Shown: positions 51,909 through 62,017 of the stretch, piece after piece
Position numbering within the stretch: position 1 is the stretch's first letter
How the letters are laid out: the number at the start of each line of letters is the position of its first letter
The notes under the pieces: model-generated
What the model saw: only the letters and a program-made list of their open reading frames with translations
What the model was told of the DNA's origin: nothing
Databases searched by the model: none
Position numbers and translations under genes: made by a program
Assembly (NCBI RefSeq): GCF_053078305.1
Contig: NZ_CP166879.1
Length of the DNA stretch: 64,000 nucleotides
Direction: 5' to 3' (one strand)

Positions 51909-53041
51909 TATTGCATTTCCTCTTTCATTTTCAGGAACTCGGCTTCGGTTTTACCCAGCAGTTTGGCGGCCGCGATATCTTCAGCCGACAGCACAGCGGT
52001 GGCAGTCTTTTTATCCGGCACGGTCACGGTGTCGGTCTGAAGACCGGTCAGGGCCGCAACCGGCTGTCGGGCGTCAAGCTGTGCAGAAAGTGCCGCCACG
52101 CCAATCTGCCCGCCCAGTTGTTCCAGATAGCCGCGTTCACTTTTGAAGATGCGTCCTTCGGACTCGGCCTTGTCCAGCAACTGCTCCAGCGTGGTGCTGC
52201 CGTGCTGCGCCGACAGCGCAACGTATTCGGTACGCAGGGCGTTATACGTTTCAACGGGCACGTATTTCGTCAGATCAATACTGCCGCCAGCCGGTGTGCC
52301 TTTTGCAGTTTCCAGCTCTGCCGACAGACAGGCGACCTGTGTTTTCAGGTTGTCGTGTGCATCCGCACGGGTTTTGATCCCGGTGAGGGCAGACAGCGCT
52401 GCCGTGCCCAGCTCCGGCGTAAATTCGTCACCATCAGCCACGGTCAGACCGAGCGCCGTCAGCAACTGGCGTAATTGCTCATTCATGGGGTGTTGCTCCT
52501 GAGAAGGGGAAACTACATAGAGATCGTCAGCACTGAGTGCTGCGACAGGGTTCATACCCGTAATACCTGGATCATTCGTCAGGGAAGCCATGCGCAACAG
52601 GTAGGGTTCCCCGGTGTCAGCGAAATAATGCATATACGCAGACAGATAGGCATATTCACGGTCATCAATATGTTTTTGGGCCTGCGGCGTCCATTCAGGT
52701 TTAATGAAAATCCCCTGACCCTCACGCCATTCGATGTTTTCCGGCTTAACCCAACCTGCGGCAATGGCCTTGAATCCGTTTTTCCGCGCATTCATGGAGT
52801 GATGGTCATAATCAATCAGTAACGGCTGATTCAGGGCGGAAAGCCCGGCTTTCATCCGGTTGCAGGCGGATTCGTTAATCAGCCAGCCTTCAGCCGGTTT
52901 TTCCGGGCGACCGTCACGGGCCTTTACCCTGCCTGCTGGCAGTAACTGACACCATCCGTCGCCGGATGCAGTCAGCGAAGCTGAAAGCACGGCTAAACCA
53001 GAGGGGCGATTTGCGTCTTTTGGGTGATTTTCTGTCTTCAT
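51908..53041 (-). CDS. head maturation protease/scaffold (Mu I-like)
   Basis: 377-aa ORF with Ala-rich C-terminal scaffold-like region. Confidence 0.8.
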   Translation of the reverse strand: MKTENHPKDANRPSGLAVLSASLTASGDGWCQLLPAGRVKARDGRPEKPAEGWLINESACNRMKAGLSALNQPLLIDYDHHSMNARKNGFKAIAAGWVKPENIEWREGQGIFIKPEWTPQAQKHIDDREYAYLSAYMHYFADTGEPYLLRMASLTNDPGITGMNPVAALSADDLYVVSPSQEQHPMNEQLRQLLTALGLTVADGDEFTPELGTAALSALTGIKTRADAHDNLKTQVACLSAELETAKGTPAGGSIDLTKYVPVETYNALRTEYVALSAQHGSTTLEQLLDKAESEGRIFKSERGYLEQLGGQIGVAALSAQLDARQPVAALTGLQTDTVTVPDKKTATAVLSAEDIAAAKLLGKTEAEFLKMKEEMQ

Positions 53042-53216
53042 ACCGGCAGCATAAGCCGGGAATTTTCAGGGCGGGTTTTGCGGGATTTCAGGAAGTATTT
53101 TCAGGGAAAAATGCAAAGGCGCTTCACGCAGATTTTAAAGCCCGTTAAATACAGGTTAGAAAATCACGACACGCGCCTGAAGGGGGTAAGGTAATGCATT
53201 TGCATACCTTAAACAA

Positions 53217-53690
53217 TTAAGGCGTTTCTGTGGCCTTTTTAAAGCGTTTTCTGATTTCGTCCATGATCTCCTGCTCTGCCACCTGATCAAAGCCCATATA
53301 CGGACGTGCACCAATGGCCGCCGGTCCAGGCGGCATACCTGGCAGGCCACCCCACTGATGAATGGCCGCATAAGGCTCATTTGATCCAATCAGCGCCCAG
53401 GTATCTCCATAATCCGTGGTCAGGCGTCGGGCCAGATCGCCGTTCAGCGTCAGGATTTTGCCGGGCATGTATCCCTTACGGGTACGCCACTTGCGGTAAG
53501 GATCTGACCAGTCATGCCAGCGTTCGCCGTCCGGCTCTTTTTCCTGTTCAAACGCCATTTCTGACGATGACAGAAGACTCGCCGCCACACTGCGGGCCAG
53601 GTCTTTTCCACCACCCACAAACTGAAGCCGGGCAAAGACCCGCTGGAGACGCGTAACGTCAACAACGACAGCGGCATCAATGGATGACAT
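53217..53690 (-). CDS. virion morphogenesis protein (Mu G-like)
   Basis: 157-aa ORF; synteny. Confidence 0.7.
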   Translation of the reverse strand: MSSIDAAVVVDVTRLQRVFARLQFVGGGKDLARSVAASLLSSSEMAFEQEKEPDGERWHDWSDPYRKWRTRKGYMPGKILTLNGDLARRLTTDYGDTWALIGSNEPYAAIHQWGGLPGMPPGPAAIGARPYMGFDQVAEQEIMDEIRKRFKKATETP

Positions 53691-53815
53691 ATTGCCTCCG
53701 TGAAACTACCTGGTTAAAATAAAAGCAGGTCGGTGTACTCTTAACTGGTAAAGCGGCACCTGAGGGATATCTTCACCCGAAGGATGTTTATGTGGGTTCG
53801 ACCCCCACCACCGAC

Positions 53816-55141
53816 TTACAATTTCCCTTCGAGGATCTCCATCTTACCTCCCTGAACAGCATCAATCAGAGTATTCCTGCTCACTCTATAGGCATTAATC
53901 ACCACATCCAGCTTATCCGGCTGACGTTTCACACTATAAGGCGCATTGACGGCAATCTTTGCCGTTCCGTCACGGGTTTCAGTGATGTAAAGCAAGTTCT
54001 GATGGACATGATCCCACAGCACGGCATCGGGGGCAGCCAGCATGGCGGGAAACTGCGCGAAATCCTCCGGCGTCAGGGCGATACCGTCATTCTGATGTTT
54101 CACGCTGTCCGCATGGAGCACATTTTTACCGCTCATCGCCAGCAGGCGGGCCGGTGGCGTTCCCGTCCGGCTTTCCACCGCCTGCGCAATACTTTCGGTC
54201 ATAAAGCCCAGCGTGCGGATATCGTTACCGCCTCGCCGGGTTTTCATGATGTTTTTTGCCCAGATGCGGAACGCCAGCTGCCGCTCCGGGCTGTTGTTCA
54301 TCTCCTGAACCACCATTTCCCGTAACGCCGGGCTTTTCACCTCGATCAGTTTACGGATCAGCGCCTGGTCTGTGCCGAACGCCGCCGAACCGGGGTTATA
54401 TGACCAGCCCACATCCGGTGTCATGGTTCTGGTGCCATCTGAATATGTGGTCACCGGCATTTCTCTGACTTCCCCGGTCTGCTTATCCACGCCAGCCTCA
54501 ACATTGCGGGTGGAGAGATGATCCTGACCGGATGAAACAGACAGCCCCATCGCATCCAGACGGGCCTGAGACAATGGCCGGACACGGCAGCGGCAGTTCC
54601 AGCCATTGGGCGGGTAGTGTGTTTTCCAGAACGGATCGTCATAGCGGAATACCAGCCCGTTAAGGGCGGAATGCGCCGGGCGGGTGCGGCTGTCCATCAC
54701 CGCCACATACTGCCAGAACGGATGCGTGTCCGTGTTGTTCATCATCTGCGTGTAACGCCCGGCATTGTAAGCCACGCGGGTGTTCACGTTGTAAATCAGC
54801 GCCAGACGGCGGGGACTGCCCAGCTGCACTTCTTCTGCGTTACCAGCGCTGTCCACCACAATCTGCTTTCCCCACCATCCCAGCTTTTGCAGGCGGGGGG
54901 TCAGTGTGCGGATAAATGCTTTCTGTGAAATCCCCTCATCAATAGCCCGTTGCACTTCCGCCTGTAGTGTAGTCAGTACGTCCAGGCGTGCCGCTTTTGC
55001 CGCCGTGAATGAACGGGCATGAACATCCGCGTCTGTTTCGAACCAGTTCCAGCTGATATGCGCCCCTTTGGCGCGGAAGTATGCCACCGCCTCTTTTGAG
55101 GGAAGGGTGGCGGCATAACCTAAATCAATCCCCTGTGCCAT
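53816..55141 (-). CDS. minor head protein (Mu F-like)
   Basis: 441-aa ORF following portal. Confidence 0.8.
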   Translation of the reverse strand: MAQGIDLGYAATLPSKEAVAYFRAKGAHISWNWFETDADVHARSFTAAKAARLDVLTTLQAEVQRAIDEGISQKAFIRTLTPRLQKLGWWGKQIVVDSAGNAEEVQLGSPRRLALIYNVNTRVAYNAGRYTQMMNNTDTHPFWQYVAVMDSRTRPAHSALNGLVFRYDDPFWKTHYPPNGWNCRCRVRPLSQARLDAMGLSVSSGQDHLSTRNVEAGVDKQTGEVREMPVTTYSDGTRTMTPDVGWSYNPGSAAFGTDQALIRKLIEVKSPALREMVVQEMNNSPERQLAFRIWAKNIMKTRRGGNDIRTLGFMTESIAQAVESRTGTPPARLLAMSGKNVLHADSVKHQNDGIALTPEDFAQFPAMLAAPDAVLWDHVHQNLLYITETRDGTAKIAVNAPYSVKRQPDKLDVVINAYRVSRNTLIDAVQGGKMEILEGKL

Positions 55142-56723
55142 CCAGCATCCCCTTCATTTCCGCAGCAAACATGGCATCACTGAGCAGCGTCATCAGGCGG
55201 GAATCATCCATTTCACGGTAAAGGGCGGGCAGGTCTGCCAGTGCCTCCGCCAGCCCCCGCGTTCTGATGGCATCAATGACCGGCTCCAGTAGCGGGTCGA
55301 TGGCCTCCTGTAACCGGCGGGCAGGCACCGCATCCCCCATGTCGTCCAGTTCATCACGGGGGCTGCTTTTCGCTTCCGGCAGTCTGGCAGCCAGCGCTGT
55401 CTGCTCTGTCTTCTCCTGTTTTTCCGGTGGCATCTCTTTGTCTGTCTGAGCAGGTTCATTTCCACTCTGACGGACACGGAAGATGGCTTCACCGGGCGTG
55501 GGCTGCGGAATACCGGTCTGCTCCCTTATCCAGGGATCAGGAATATCCATCCCCGTACTGAGCTGCATCACCGCACTGGTGATTTTGGTGATATCCCCCG
55601 GCTCTTTTGTCTGGAAACAGATACGCGGCAGGCGACGGATATCAATGGCGTGGGCGGTGTTCAGGGCATACAGCGGATACACCAGATCGCGGTTCAGCGT
55701 GGCGGCCAGCTGGCGTAAATCAGAATCCCTGATTTCCCGGCGCACCTCGTTATGCACTTCACCCAGCGAGCGCGCGCCTTTGTCTCCGGCTTCCGTGGTC
55801 AGCGTGCCGCCGAGTATTGCTTTGGAGATGGAACGCTCCCCCCACGAAATCATGGTTTCAAACGGATCGGCCTGACCGTTCGCGGCTGCCTGAAACTCCA
55901 GCGACATCCCGGCCGGGATGATCCCGCCTGTACGTCGCCCGATATCCATCACCGCCCGCATCAGGGCGCTTTTCTGCTCCGGTGTTGCCCCGGACGGGTA
56001 TTTACCGACCTTCATCGGCAGGCCGTACACCTCCAGAAATTCAGCCAGATCGCGCACGGAATAGTTTTTGAAAATGAACGGCCAGATAAGCGTTCTGACA
56101 AGCCCTGTTGCGCCGCCGTAACCGGTGCGTGAACGTGACTGATGCACTATCCAGCCAAAGGGCTGAAACGCCACCCCGGCATGGCTGCCGTCACGCAGCC
56201 GCAGTTCGCTCAAATCATCCGGGTTAAGGCAGAAATGCCCGCTGTCACGCCAGCGGATGGCGCGGATGATGTGCATTTTACCGAGCATCCCGTGCTCAAT
56301 CTCCATGCAGGAATAGCCTTTCAGGATGGCATCGGTGGCATCAAACAGCATGGCATCAAACCAGTCGGCGGAATGCAGGTATTCGTCGAGCATTTCCGCG
56401 TCCTTTTTCTCATTCGCGCTGGCGTTCGGGGGCGGCTCAATACTCCAGGGCACCCCCTGAATGGCAAGACGTCGCTTGCCCAGCTCTGCAAAAAGATGGG
56501 TATCCTTTTCTTCAATGTCAGCGGCCAGATCGGACTGGGCAATCAGATCGCCACGTTCAGCCCCGCGAAGGCACTGTGCCGCCCGGTTCGGGGTGATACC
56601 CGAGGCCGGATGCTCAATATAACGGCTGGCAATCTGCGGAATATCCAGCACGGCACTCTGCATCTCCGGGTCAAAGGAGAAAGGTTTTCCGTCAAGATCA
56701 ATTATGCGTCCCACTACCAGCAC
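55125..56723 (-). CDS. portal protein (Mu gp29-like)
   Basis: 532-aa ORF after terminase large subunit. Confidence 0.8.
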   Translation of the reverse strand: MLVVGRIIDLDGKPFSFDPEMQSAVLDIPQIASRYIEHPASGITPNRAAQCLRGAERGDLIAQSDLAADIEEKDTHLFAELGKRRLAIQGVPWSIEPPPNASANEKKDAEMLDEYLHSADWFDAMLFDATDAILKGYSCMEIEHGMLGKMHIIRAIRWRDSGHFCLNPDDLSELRLRDGSHAGVAFQPFGWIVHQSRSRTGYGGATGLVRTLIWPFIFKNYSVRDLAEFLEVYGLPMKVGKYPSGATPEQKSALMRAVMDIGRRTGGIIPAGMSLEFQAAANGQADPFETMISWGERSISKAILGGTLTTEAGDKGARSLGEVHNEVRREIRDSDLRQLAATLNRDLVYPLYALNTAHAIDIRRLPRICFQTKEPGDITKITSAVMQLSTGMDIPDPWIREQTGIPQPTPGEAIFRVRQSGNEPAQTDKEMPPEKQEKTEQTALAARLPEAKSSPRDELDDMGDAVPARRLQEAIDPLLEPVIDAIRTRGLAEALADLPALYREMDDSRLMTLLSDAMFAAEMKGMLDGTGD

Positions 56724-58378
56724 CCCCGATCAAATTCATGATATGCCTCATCGTCATCACGATAACCGCCCTCCATTGCCCGCGACCGCTCCGGCAGCGC
56801 CTGACAGGCTGATTCATCCAGGATGAAGCCCTCCATGTATGACGCCCGGTTTGCCATACAGAGCGCCACGGCAAAATCGCCATGGCGGCGGGCGTTCACA
56901 GCCGTTGCGTTCTGGTCCTTCGTGCGCCCCTTGTCGATTTGCGGGATACCGTTCACCATCTTCACATGGCGCAAATCATCAAGCGTGGTCTGATGGCGGG
57001 CGACGAGGATATTCTGATCTTCAAACTCGGCCTTCAGTTTTGGCATCCACTCGCCGTACCACTTCGGCGATAACATCACGCAGTCGATGATGTCCGGGCC
57101 AAAGGCCAGCAGCGCGGCTTCGGCCAGATAGCCGCCGTTACCGGTGGCGTCGAACGCCGCACCGACCAGCGCCGGAACGCGGGTCAGGATGTACATCATC
57201 ACCTGCTCCTGCTGGGCATACGGCAGGTTGCGCAGCTCCACGCGAAACACCTCGCGTTTTGCCAGGGATTCAGTGATTTCCAGCAGCACAAAGCAGGACA
57301 GGTCACCGGTGCGGGCAAAGTCTTCCCCGAAGCTGAAGCGGGAACGGGGATTTAACGCCTCTAAAAGCGGTTTTAAATGTTCTTCACACCAGGTTAAAAC
57401 TTCCGATTCACGCAGCCATGCGGCACGGCTGATGAAGTCGTCCGGGGCTTCAAACGTCAGAATCGGGATGTCGCGGATCATCGCCATTTCAATAAGTGCG
57501 TGAGGAATATAGGCACCGCCGGATTTTTTCGGGATACAGCCGTATTCCTCGTCGGCATCCTCACGGGTCGGGGCGTTTTTGTAGAGATCATCACGCCACT
57601 TCTGCTCGCTTTCCGGTGACCATTCGCGGCCGGTGACATAACAGATACGACGGTACAACCCGTCCGTAATGGCATCATCCAGGGTAATGCGGTGGACGCT
57701 GTAATCCTTGCGCCCCTCGCGGGCTTCCTGAATGTACTGATTAAACAGATTATCGACGCCGTTATGCGTGGAGATAATACGCACGCGCGCGCCCCACATG
57801 GTAAGCGCCATTGCCGCCTTGAGAAGTTCATCCAGCGACTCGTGGAACGCGGCTTCATCAATCACCACATCCCCCTGAAGGCCGCGCAGGTTTGACGGAC
57901 GGGAAGACAGCGCCTGAATTTTGAATCCACTGTTCGGAAAGCGGATCATGTAGGTCAGAATTTCTTCTTTTTTATCCCGATCCCAGAAGGTCTGCTCATA
58001 CACATCAGCATCGGCCAGCTGGTTAAAGGCACGGGAGAACAATGCACAGGCAGAAATATATTCCAGCGCCATCTCCTGCTTTGACCCCACATAAAACACA
58101 TTGCGGCCACCACGCCGCTTCGGTTTTGCAGCGGTAATGACGTTACGCCCGGCTTCCGCCCAGGTAAGCCCGGTGCGGCGGGATTTTTCCGCGATGCAGA
58201 CCTCGCTTTCATCCTCAAACCAGCGGGCCTGATAATCCAGAAACACCGGCATATCACCGGGCAAATCAAGGCTGTCCGGCACATCCACGCCCAGCAGGGC
58301 TTTTTCACCGGCCAGATCAATTTTGCGGGTGGAGACGGTATTCGTCAGTAAGGGTGAGCGTTCTTCGGCGTTATTCAT
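56714..58378 (-). CDS. terminase large subunit (Mu gp28-like)
   Basis: 554-aa ORF. Confidence 0.85.
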   Translation of the reverse strand: MNNAEERSPLLTNTVSTRKIDLAGEKALLGVDVPDSLDLPGDMPVFLDYQARWFEDESEVCIAEKSRRTGLTWAEAGRNVITAAKPKRRGGRNVFYVGSKQEMALEYISACALFSRAFNQLADADVYEQTFWDRDKKEEILTYMIRFPNSGFKIQALSSRPSNLRGLQGDVVIDEAAFHESLDELLKAAMALTMWGARVRIISTHNGVDNLFNQYIQEAREGRKDYSVHRITLDDAITDGLYRRICYVTGREWSPESEQKWRDDLYKNAPTREDADEEYGCIPKKSGGAYIPHALIEMAMIRDIPILTFEAPDDFISRAAWLRESEVLTWCEEHLKPLLEALNPRSRFSFGEDFARTGDLSCFVLLEITESLAKREVFRVELRNLPYAQQEQVMMYILTRVPALVGAAFDATGNGGYLAEAALLAFGPDIIDCVMLSPKWYGEWMPKLKAEFEDQNILVARHQTTLDDLRHVKMVNGIPQIDKGRTKDQNATAVNARRHGDFAVALCMANRASYMEGFILDESACQALPERSRAMEGGYRDDDEAYHEFDRGCW

Positions 58379-58959
58379 CAGGCTTTACCCAACAGAATCC
58401 CCTTAATACGGGACTCAAGCTGTTCACTCATCCCGTCCACGCCGCGCAGCTCGTCGGTGACGGCGTTTGCCATCTCTTCAGCAAATGCAGCCCGGATTTC
58501 TTTTTCACGCTTAATGCTGCGCTCGGCGGCACTTTCCGCACGCTGTGCTGACAGGAGGATGTCCTTAATAAGACGCATATCCACGTCGCTGTCGCTGTTC
58601 AGGGATTCGGTGGCGGCACGCAGACGGCGGTACATCAGGGCGCGGGACATCTCCAGAATCAGTGCAGTGGTTTCACCGGTCGGCTTGTCCCCCAGTTCGG
58701 CCATCATGGCTTTTGTCTGCTCGCGTAAATCACGCAGGTTACGGGCAATCAGCTCATTACGGGAGGCTTCCCGGCTGATGGCCGCCGGTGAAAGCTGCTG
58801 CTCTTCCGGCAGGCCCGCCTCACGGATCAGACGGTTGATTTCCTCGCGGATCTGGACCTGCGTCAGACGTTTTTCACGCAGCATTTCCAGCAGCGGCTTA
58901 CGGATACTGTCGGGGAGCAAATCCACCTTGCGTACACGACCACGCGTCGGCTTGTCCAT
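58378..58959 (-). CDS. terminase small subunit (Mu gp27-like)
   Basis: 193-aa ORF immediately upstream of large subunit. Confidence 0.65.
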   Translation of the reverse strand: MDKPTRGRVRKVDLLPDSIRKPLLEMLREKRLTQVQIREEINRLIREAGLPEEQQLSPAAISREASRNELIARNLRDLREQTKAMMAELGDKPTGETTALILEMSRALMYRRLRAATESLNSDSDVDMRLIKDILLSAQRAESAAERSIKREKEIRAAFAEEMANAVTDELRGVDGMSEQLESRIKGILLGKA

Positions 58960-58961
58960 CG

Positions 58962-59252
58962 TTACCCCCTTGCGCGTGGTTTCTTCACACCCGGAACACT
59001 GGCGCGGCCTTCCGCCACATCCTGCCCCCGGCCGGTCAGCTCTGCGATGAAATAACCGTTAATCAGAACACGTTTGCGCACCAGTCCCTGCTCGGCAAGC
59101 CAGGCAATGTGGGTGTGAACGGTGTCGCGGGACACGCGGTGGCCGTAATCATCCAGACAGTCCTGGAGCACGGATTCACCCAGTTCACCGTTGTAATCTG
59201 CCAGCGACCGCAGAATGACCAGACGCTGATCTTCAGTAATGAAATCACTCAT
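58962..59252 (-). CDS. Mu gp26-like small protein
   Basis: 96-aa ORF; synteny. Confidence 0.5.
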   Translation of the reverse strand: MSDFITEDQRLVILRSLADYNGELGESVLQDCLDDYGHRVSRDTVHTHIAWLAEQGLVRKRVLINGYFIAELTGRGQDVAEGRASVPGVKKPRARG

Positions 59253-59557
59253 TGCGTTTTTTTCCTTACAGCCTGCTCCAGCAGCAGTTCGTTCTGATAG
59301 GAGACAGAGCGGAGCGTGGCGTTCGTGGTTTTCAGTTCACCCCGCAGGGTCACGATTTCCACATTCAGACGGTTGACCTCGGCTTCTGTCGGCAGTGACG
59401 ACAGACGGGTTTCCACCTTCTCAACGCGGTCGGAGAGTTTTTCAAAGGCCTCGCGGGGGACAAACGTTTTGCGCATCAGCGCCATGAATATCCCGCCAGC
59501 GGTTGCCGTCGCCGAAAGGATCGGCACAACATAATCTTTAACGATGCTGACCCACAT
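59249..59557 (-). CDS. membrane-anchored coiled-coil protein (Mu gp25-like, possible lysis accessory)
   Basis: 102-aa ORF; N-terminal TM then coiled coil. Confidence 0.45.
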   Translation of the reverse strand: MWVSIVKDYVVPILSATATAGGIFMALMRKTFVPREAFEKLSDRVEKVETRLSSLPTEAEVNRLNVEIVTLRGELKTTNATLRSVSYQNELLLEQAVRKKTQ

Positions 59558-59831
59558 GACGGGCCTCCATGATGTTCTGGCAGTTCACACAACGGATGGC
59601 ATCCGGCACAGCAACAAGACGTGCGGCGGGGATCTCTCCGCCACAGTCCGCGCAGACACGTCTGCCCGGAGCATCCACTGCCCGGCGCTTACGTGTCAGC
59701 CGGTTACAAAGGGCGCGTTCTGATCCCCGCTCCATCACAGCCTGAGCACGATCTGAATCATCCATACCTTTTTCCTTACTTCGTCTTTCCTGCCGGAACA
59801 GCAGGCGTTCCGGCCATATCAGTAAATTCAT
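59538..59831 (-). CDS. TraR/DksA-family C4 zinc-finger protein
   Basis: C-terminal CADCGGEI...CVNCQ motif. Confidence 0.6.
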   Translation of the reverse strand: MNLLIWPERLLFRQERRSKEKGMDDSDRAQAVMERGSERALCNRLTRKRRAVDAPGRRVCADCGGEIPAARLVAVPDAIRCVNCQNIMEARHVGQHR

Positions 59832-60147
59832 GTTGTCGCCGCGCCTCCAGACGACGAATACTGGCCTTATCCACGTTGCAGTTCTTGATCACCGCCAGCA
59901 GTTGCAGGTTGTAAGTGACCGATGCCCCAAACGTGAACGGCTCCGGCGCAGGAGGGACCAGGCAGTCAGCCAGCCATTCAGCGGGGATCGGCACCGGCTT
60001 CACAGGCACGTATTTCACAGACGGCCCGGCGCACCCGGTCAGCCACATCATCAGGAACAGGGACAGAGGCCGCAGGCACTGCTGCCAGCGACCGGCGGAC
60101 AACGCTCTGCTGCTCCTCGCTGTGCTGAATGTTCTGTTGCTTTTCAT
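59776..60147 (-). CDS. Rz1-like o-spanin lipoprotein overlapping i-spanin in another frame
   Basis: Signal peptide ending in lipobox LTGC, Pro-rich mature region; ORF-track frame 59776..60342. Confidence 0.45.
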   Translation of the reverse strand: MKSNRTFSTARSSRALSAGRWQQCLRPLSLFLMMWLTGCAGPSVKYVPVKPVPIPAEWLADCLVPPAPEPFTFGASVTYNLQLLAVIKNCNVDKASIRRLEARRQHEFTDMAGTPAVPAGKTK

Positions 60148-60499
60148 TCGTGGCCGCCTCACTGATTTGTGAAATGAGTTGCAGGGTGTGCTGCTGATTT
60201 GCCAGCACCTGACGCGCCTCATCCCGCTCACGCACAAGCACCTGATTATTGTCTTCAAGGCGCTGCGTCTTCTGGTGCATTCCCCATATCGCGGCAACCA
60301 GTACAGCGATAGTCCCCAGCGCCGCCATGCACGCCCCGGCAATCAGGGCCGGTAAGGCGTTATTCACCGCAGCCACAGGACACCCCGTAACAGCAGTACC
60401 GCACACAGCAGCGCTATCATGAGCGGTCGCCAGAAGCGGTTCAGACTTTCGGCAAGTCGTAGCGACATAACCATTCATCCGCCGAACGGCGGGCCTCAA
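59978..60499 (-). CDS. Rz-like i-spanin (start uncertain)
   Basis: TM segment LPALIAGACMAALGTIAVLVAAIWG then coiled coil; overlaps lysozyme 3' end. Confidence 0.5.
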   Translation of the reverse strand: MRPAVRRMNGYVATTCRKSEPLLATAHDSAAVCGTAVTGCPVAAVNNALPALIAGACMAALGTIAVLVAAIWGMHQKTQRLEDNNQVLVRERDEARQVLANQQHTLQLISQISEAATNEKQQNIQHSEEQQSVVRRSLAAVPAASVPVPDDVADRVRRAVCEIRACEAGADPR

Positions 60500-60941
60500 G
60501 GCCGGGAAGTTTCACCCCCTTTGAATAAATCCAGCGGATATACTGCTTACAGGACGCGGGCATCTGCCCGGCATTGATCAGGCGCAGAAGCGTGGAGTTG
60601 CGAAAGTTCGTTTCACCGGCCCAGAAGATCCACGAAGCCAGCGCCACCGTCTGACCACGGGTAAGCGGCACCTGAACACGCCGATCAATGGCCGCAAAGG
60701 CCCATTTCATGTCCTTTTCCAGTAGTTCCAGGCATTCTTCATCTGTCAGGGTCATACCCGGTTTCACATCCGGGCCGGTATGGCCGTAACAGATGGTGGG
60801 TGTACCGGTGGGATCGATATACGTGGAGTTTTCTTTCCCTTCCCAGTAACCGGTGTAATGCGTGGCAATCGTGAACGTCCCGGCACCGGCCAGAACAAGG
60901 GCAATCAGCTTTTTACGCAGTGGTGCGGGGAGTTTTGGCAT
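60441..60941 (-). CDS. SAR-type endolysin (lysozyme family)
   Basis: N-terminal signal-anchor LIALVLAGAGTFTIA; YWEGKENSTYIDPTGTPTICYGHT lysozyme catalytic motif. Confidence 0.75.
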   Translation of the reverse strand: MPKLPAPLRKKLIALVLAGAGTFTIATHYTGYWEGKENSTYIDPTGTPTICYGHTGPDVKPGMTLTDEECLELLEKDMKWAFAAIDRRVQVPLTRGQTVALASWIFWAGETNFRNSTLLRLINAGQMPASCKQYIRWIYSKGVKLPGLEARRSADEWLCRYDLPKV

Positions 60942-61012
60942 TGTTACGCTGTCTCATGATGTTCTCTGAGTCAGCGTAACGGTGAAGGAGAGGCGGCAGG
61001 CTTTGCGGAATA

Positions 61013-61438
61013 TCAGAAAAGTGGCGGTTGCGTTCTTGCCAGATGCAGACGGCGCTGTTCACGTATGACGGTATAAATCTGGGTTTCTGACATCCGGTAA
61101 TGGCGGCGAAGGGATTCAATCTTCTCGCCCCGGTCCCAGCGCGAAAATATCTCATTGTTTCGCAGCTCGGCAAAGAGAGATTCCCCGACCGGCAGGTAAT
61201 AACCCCGTCCGCCCATATAGGCTGCCTGAGCCGCAGCCACCTTGCGTGCCAGTTTACCGGCCAGTACCGGCTCAATCCCCTGACGCTGAAGTTCTGCGCC
61301 GGTGACTTCAACCAGTTCTGACAGGGTCCGCGGCCAGTTCTTTTTGAGAACATCATCAGGGATGTCATCAAGGCGGTCGATAAGGGCGTGCAGTTGCTCA
61401 CTGTCACCACCAAACATGCTCATCTGAGTTTCTGCCAT
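61013..61438 (-). CDS. Mor/C-family transcription activator (middle/late operon regulator)
   Basis: 141-aa ORF with C-terminal HTH; located between early genes and lysis genes. Confidence 0.8.
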   Translation of the reverse strand: MAETQMSMFGGDSEQLHALIDRLDDIPDDVLKKNWPRTLSELVEVTGAELQRQGIEPVLAGKLARKVAAAQAAYMGGRGYYLPVGESLFAELRNNEIFSRWDRGEKIESLRRHYRMSETQIYTVIREQRRLHLARTQPPLF

Positions 61439-61507
61439 ATCAGCCTCCGGTTCTCGCGTTCCCGGTAAGTTTAAAATAAAAATCCCGCGTTGTGGCGGGA
61501 TTTGGGG

Positions 61508-62017
61508 TTAACGGGGAAGTGATTTTTCATACTGCCTGCAAACGGCGTCATACCCCATCAGCGTGCGTTCGGGCATTCCCATCGCGGCCAGCATTTTGCG
61601 GCGGTGCCATCGCTTGAGACGCTCCAGCACATCTGAGGCCAGGGCGGGGTGTTGCTCCAGCCACTGCCAGTTTGCCACACCTTCGCCGCCGTTCTGCGCG
61701 GCCGTCTGCGATTTCACCCAGCGGTTAAGAGCGGTTTCCGCACCATCAGAGATAAAGCCCTGCCGGTGCATCACTTTCCAGATGGCGCGAATTCTGGCGG
61801 TCACCGTACCCGGTTTTAAGGCCCGGTTAACCGGTTTCTGACGCACTTTAAAACCGCGTTTTTTGAAAACATCCAGCACGCGGGATAACTCACCGGGTGA
61901 CATATCCCGGCAACTGGTTTTGCCGGTGGCTGCCAGTAGTACGAATGTGTAGGTCTCATCATCCAGGGCAAGCTCGCGCTTTGCCACATGAATGGCGGAT
62001 ATCAGTTTTCCTCTCAT
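61508..62017 (-). CDS. Mu gp16 (GemA)-like protein
   Basis: 169-aa ORF immediately upstream of Mor-like gene. Confidence 0.55.
   Translation of the reverse strand: MRGKLISAIHVAKRELALDDETYTFVLLAATGKTSCRDMSPGELSRVLDVFKKRGFKVRQKPVNRALKPGTVTARIRAIWKVMHRQGFISDGAETALNRWVKSQTAAQNGGEGVANWQWLEQHPALASDVLERLKRWHRRKMLAAMGMPERTLMGYDAVCRQYEKSLPR

Noticed and set aside
53729-53816. tRNA-like element in the F-G intergenic region: perfect 7-bp acceptor-like pairing (GTCGGTG/CACCGAC) flanking a T-arm-like hairpin GTGGG-TTCGACC-CCCAC
   Set aside because: No convincing anticodon arm could be folded by hand and the D-stem is imperfect; probably a structured intergenic RNA or chance similarity. tRNAscan-SE/ARAGORN would settle it.
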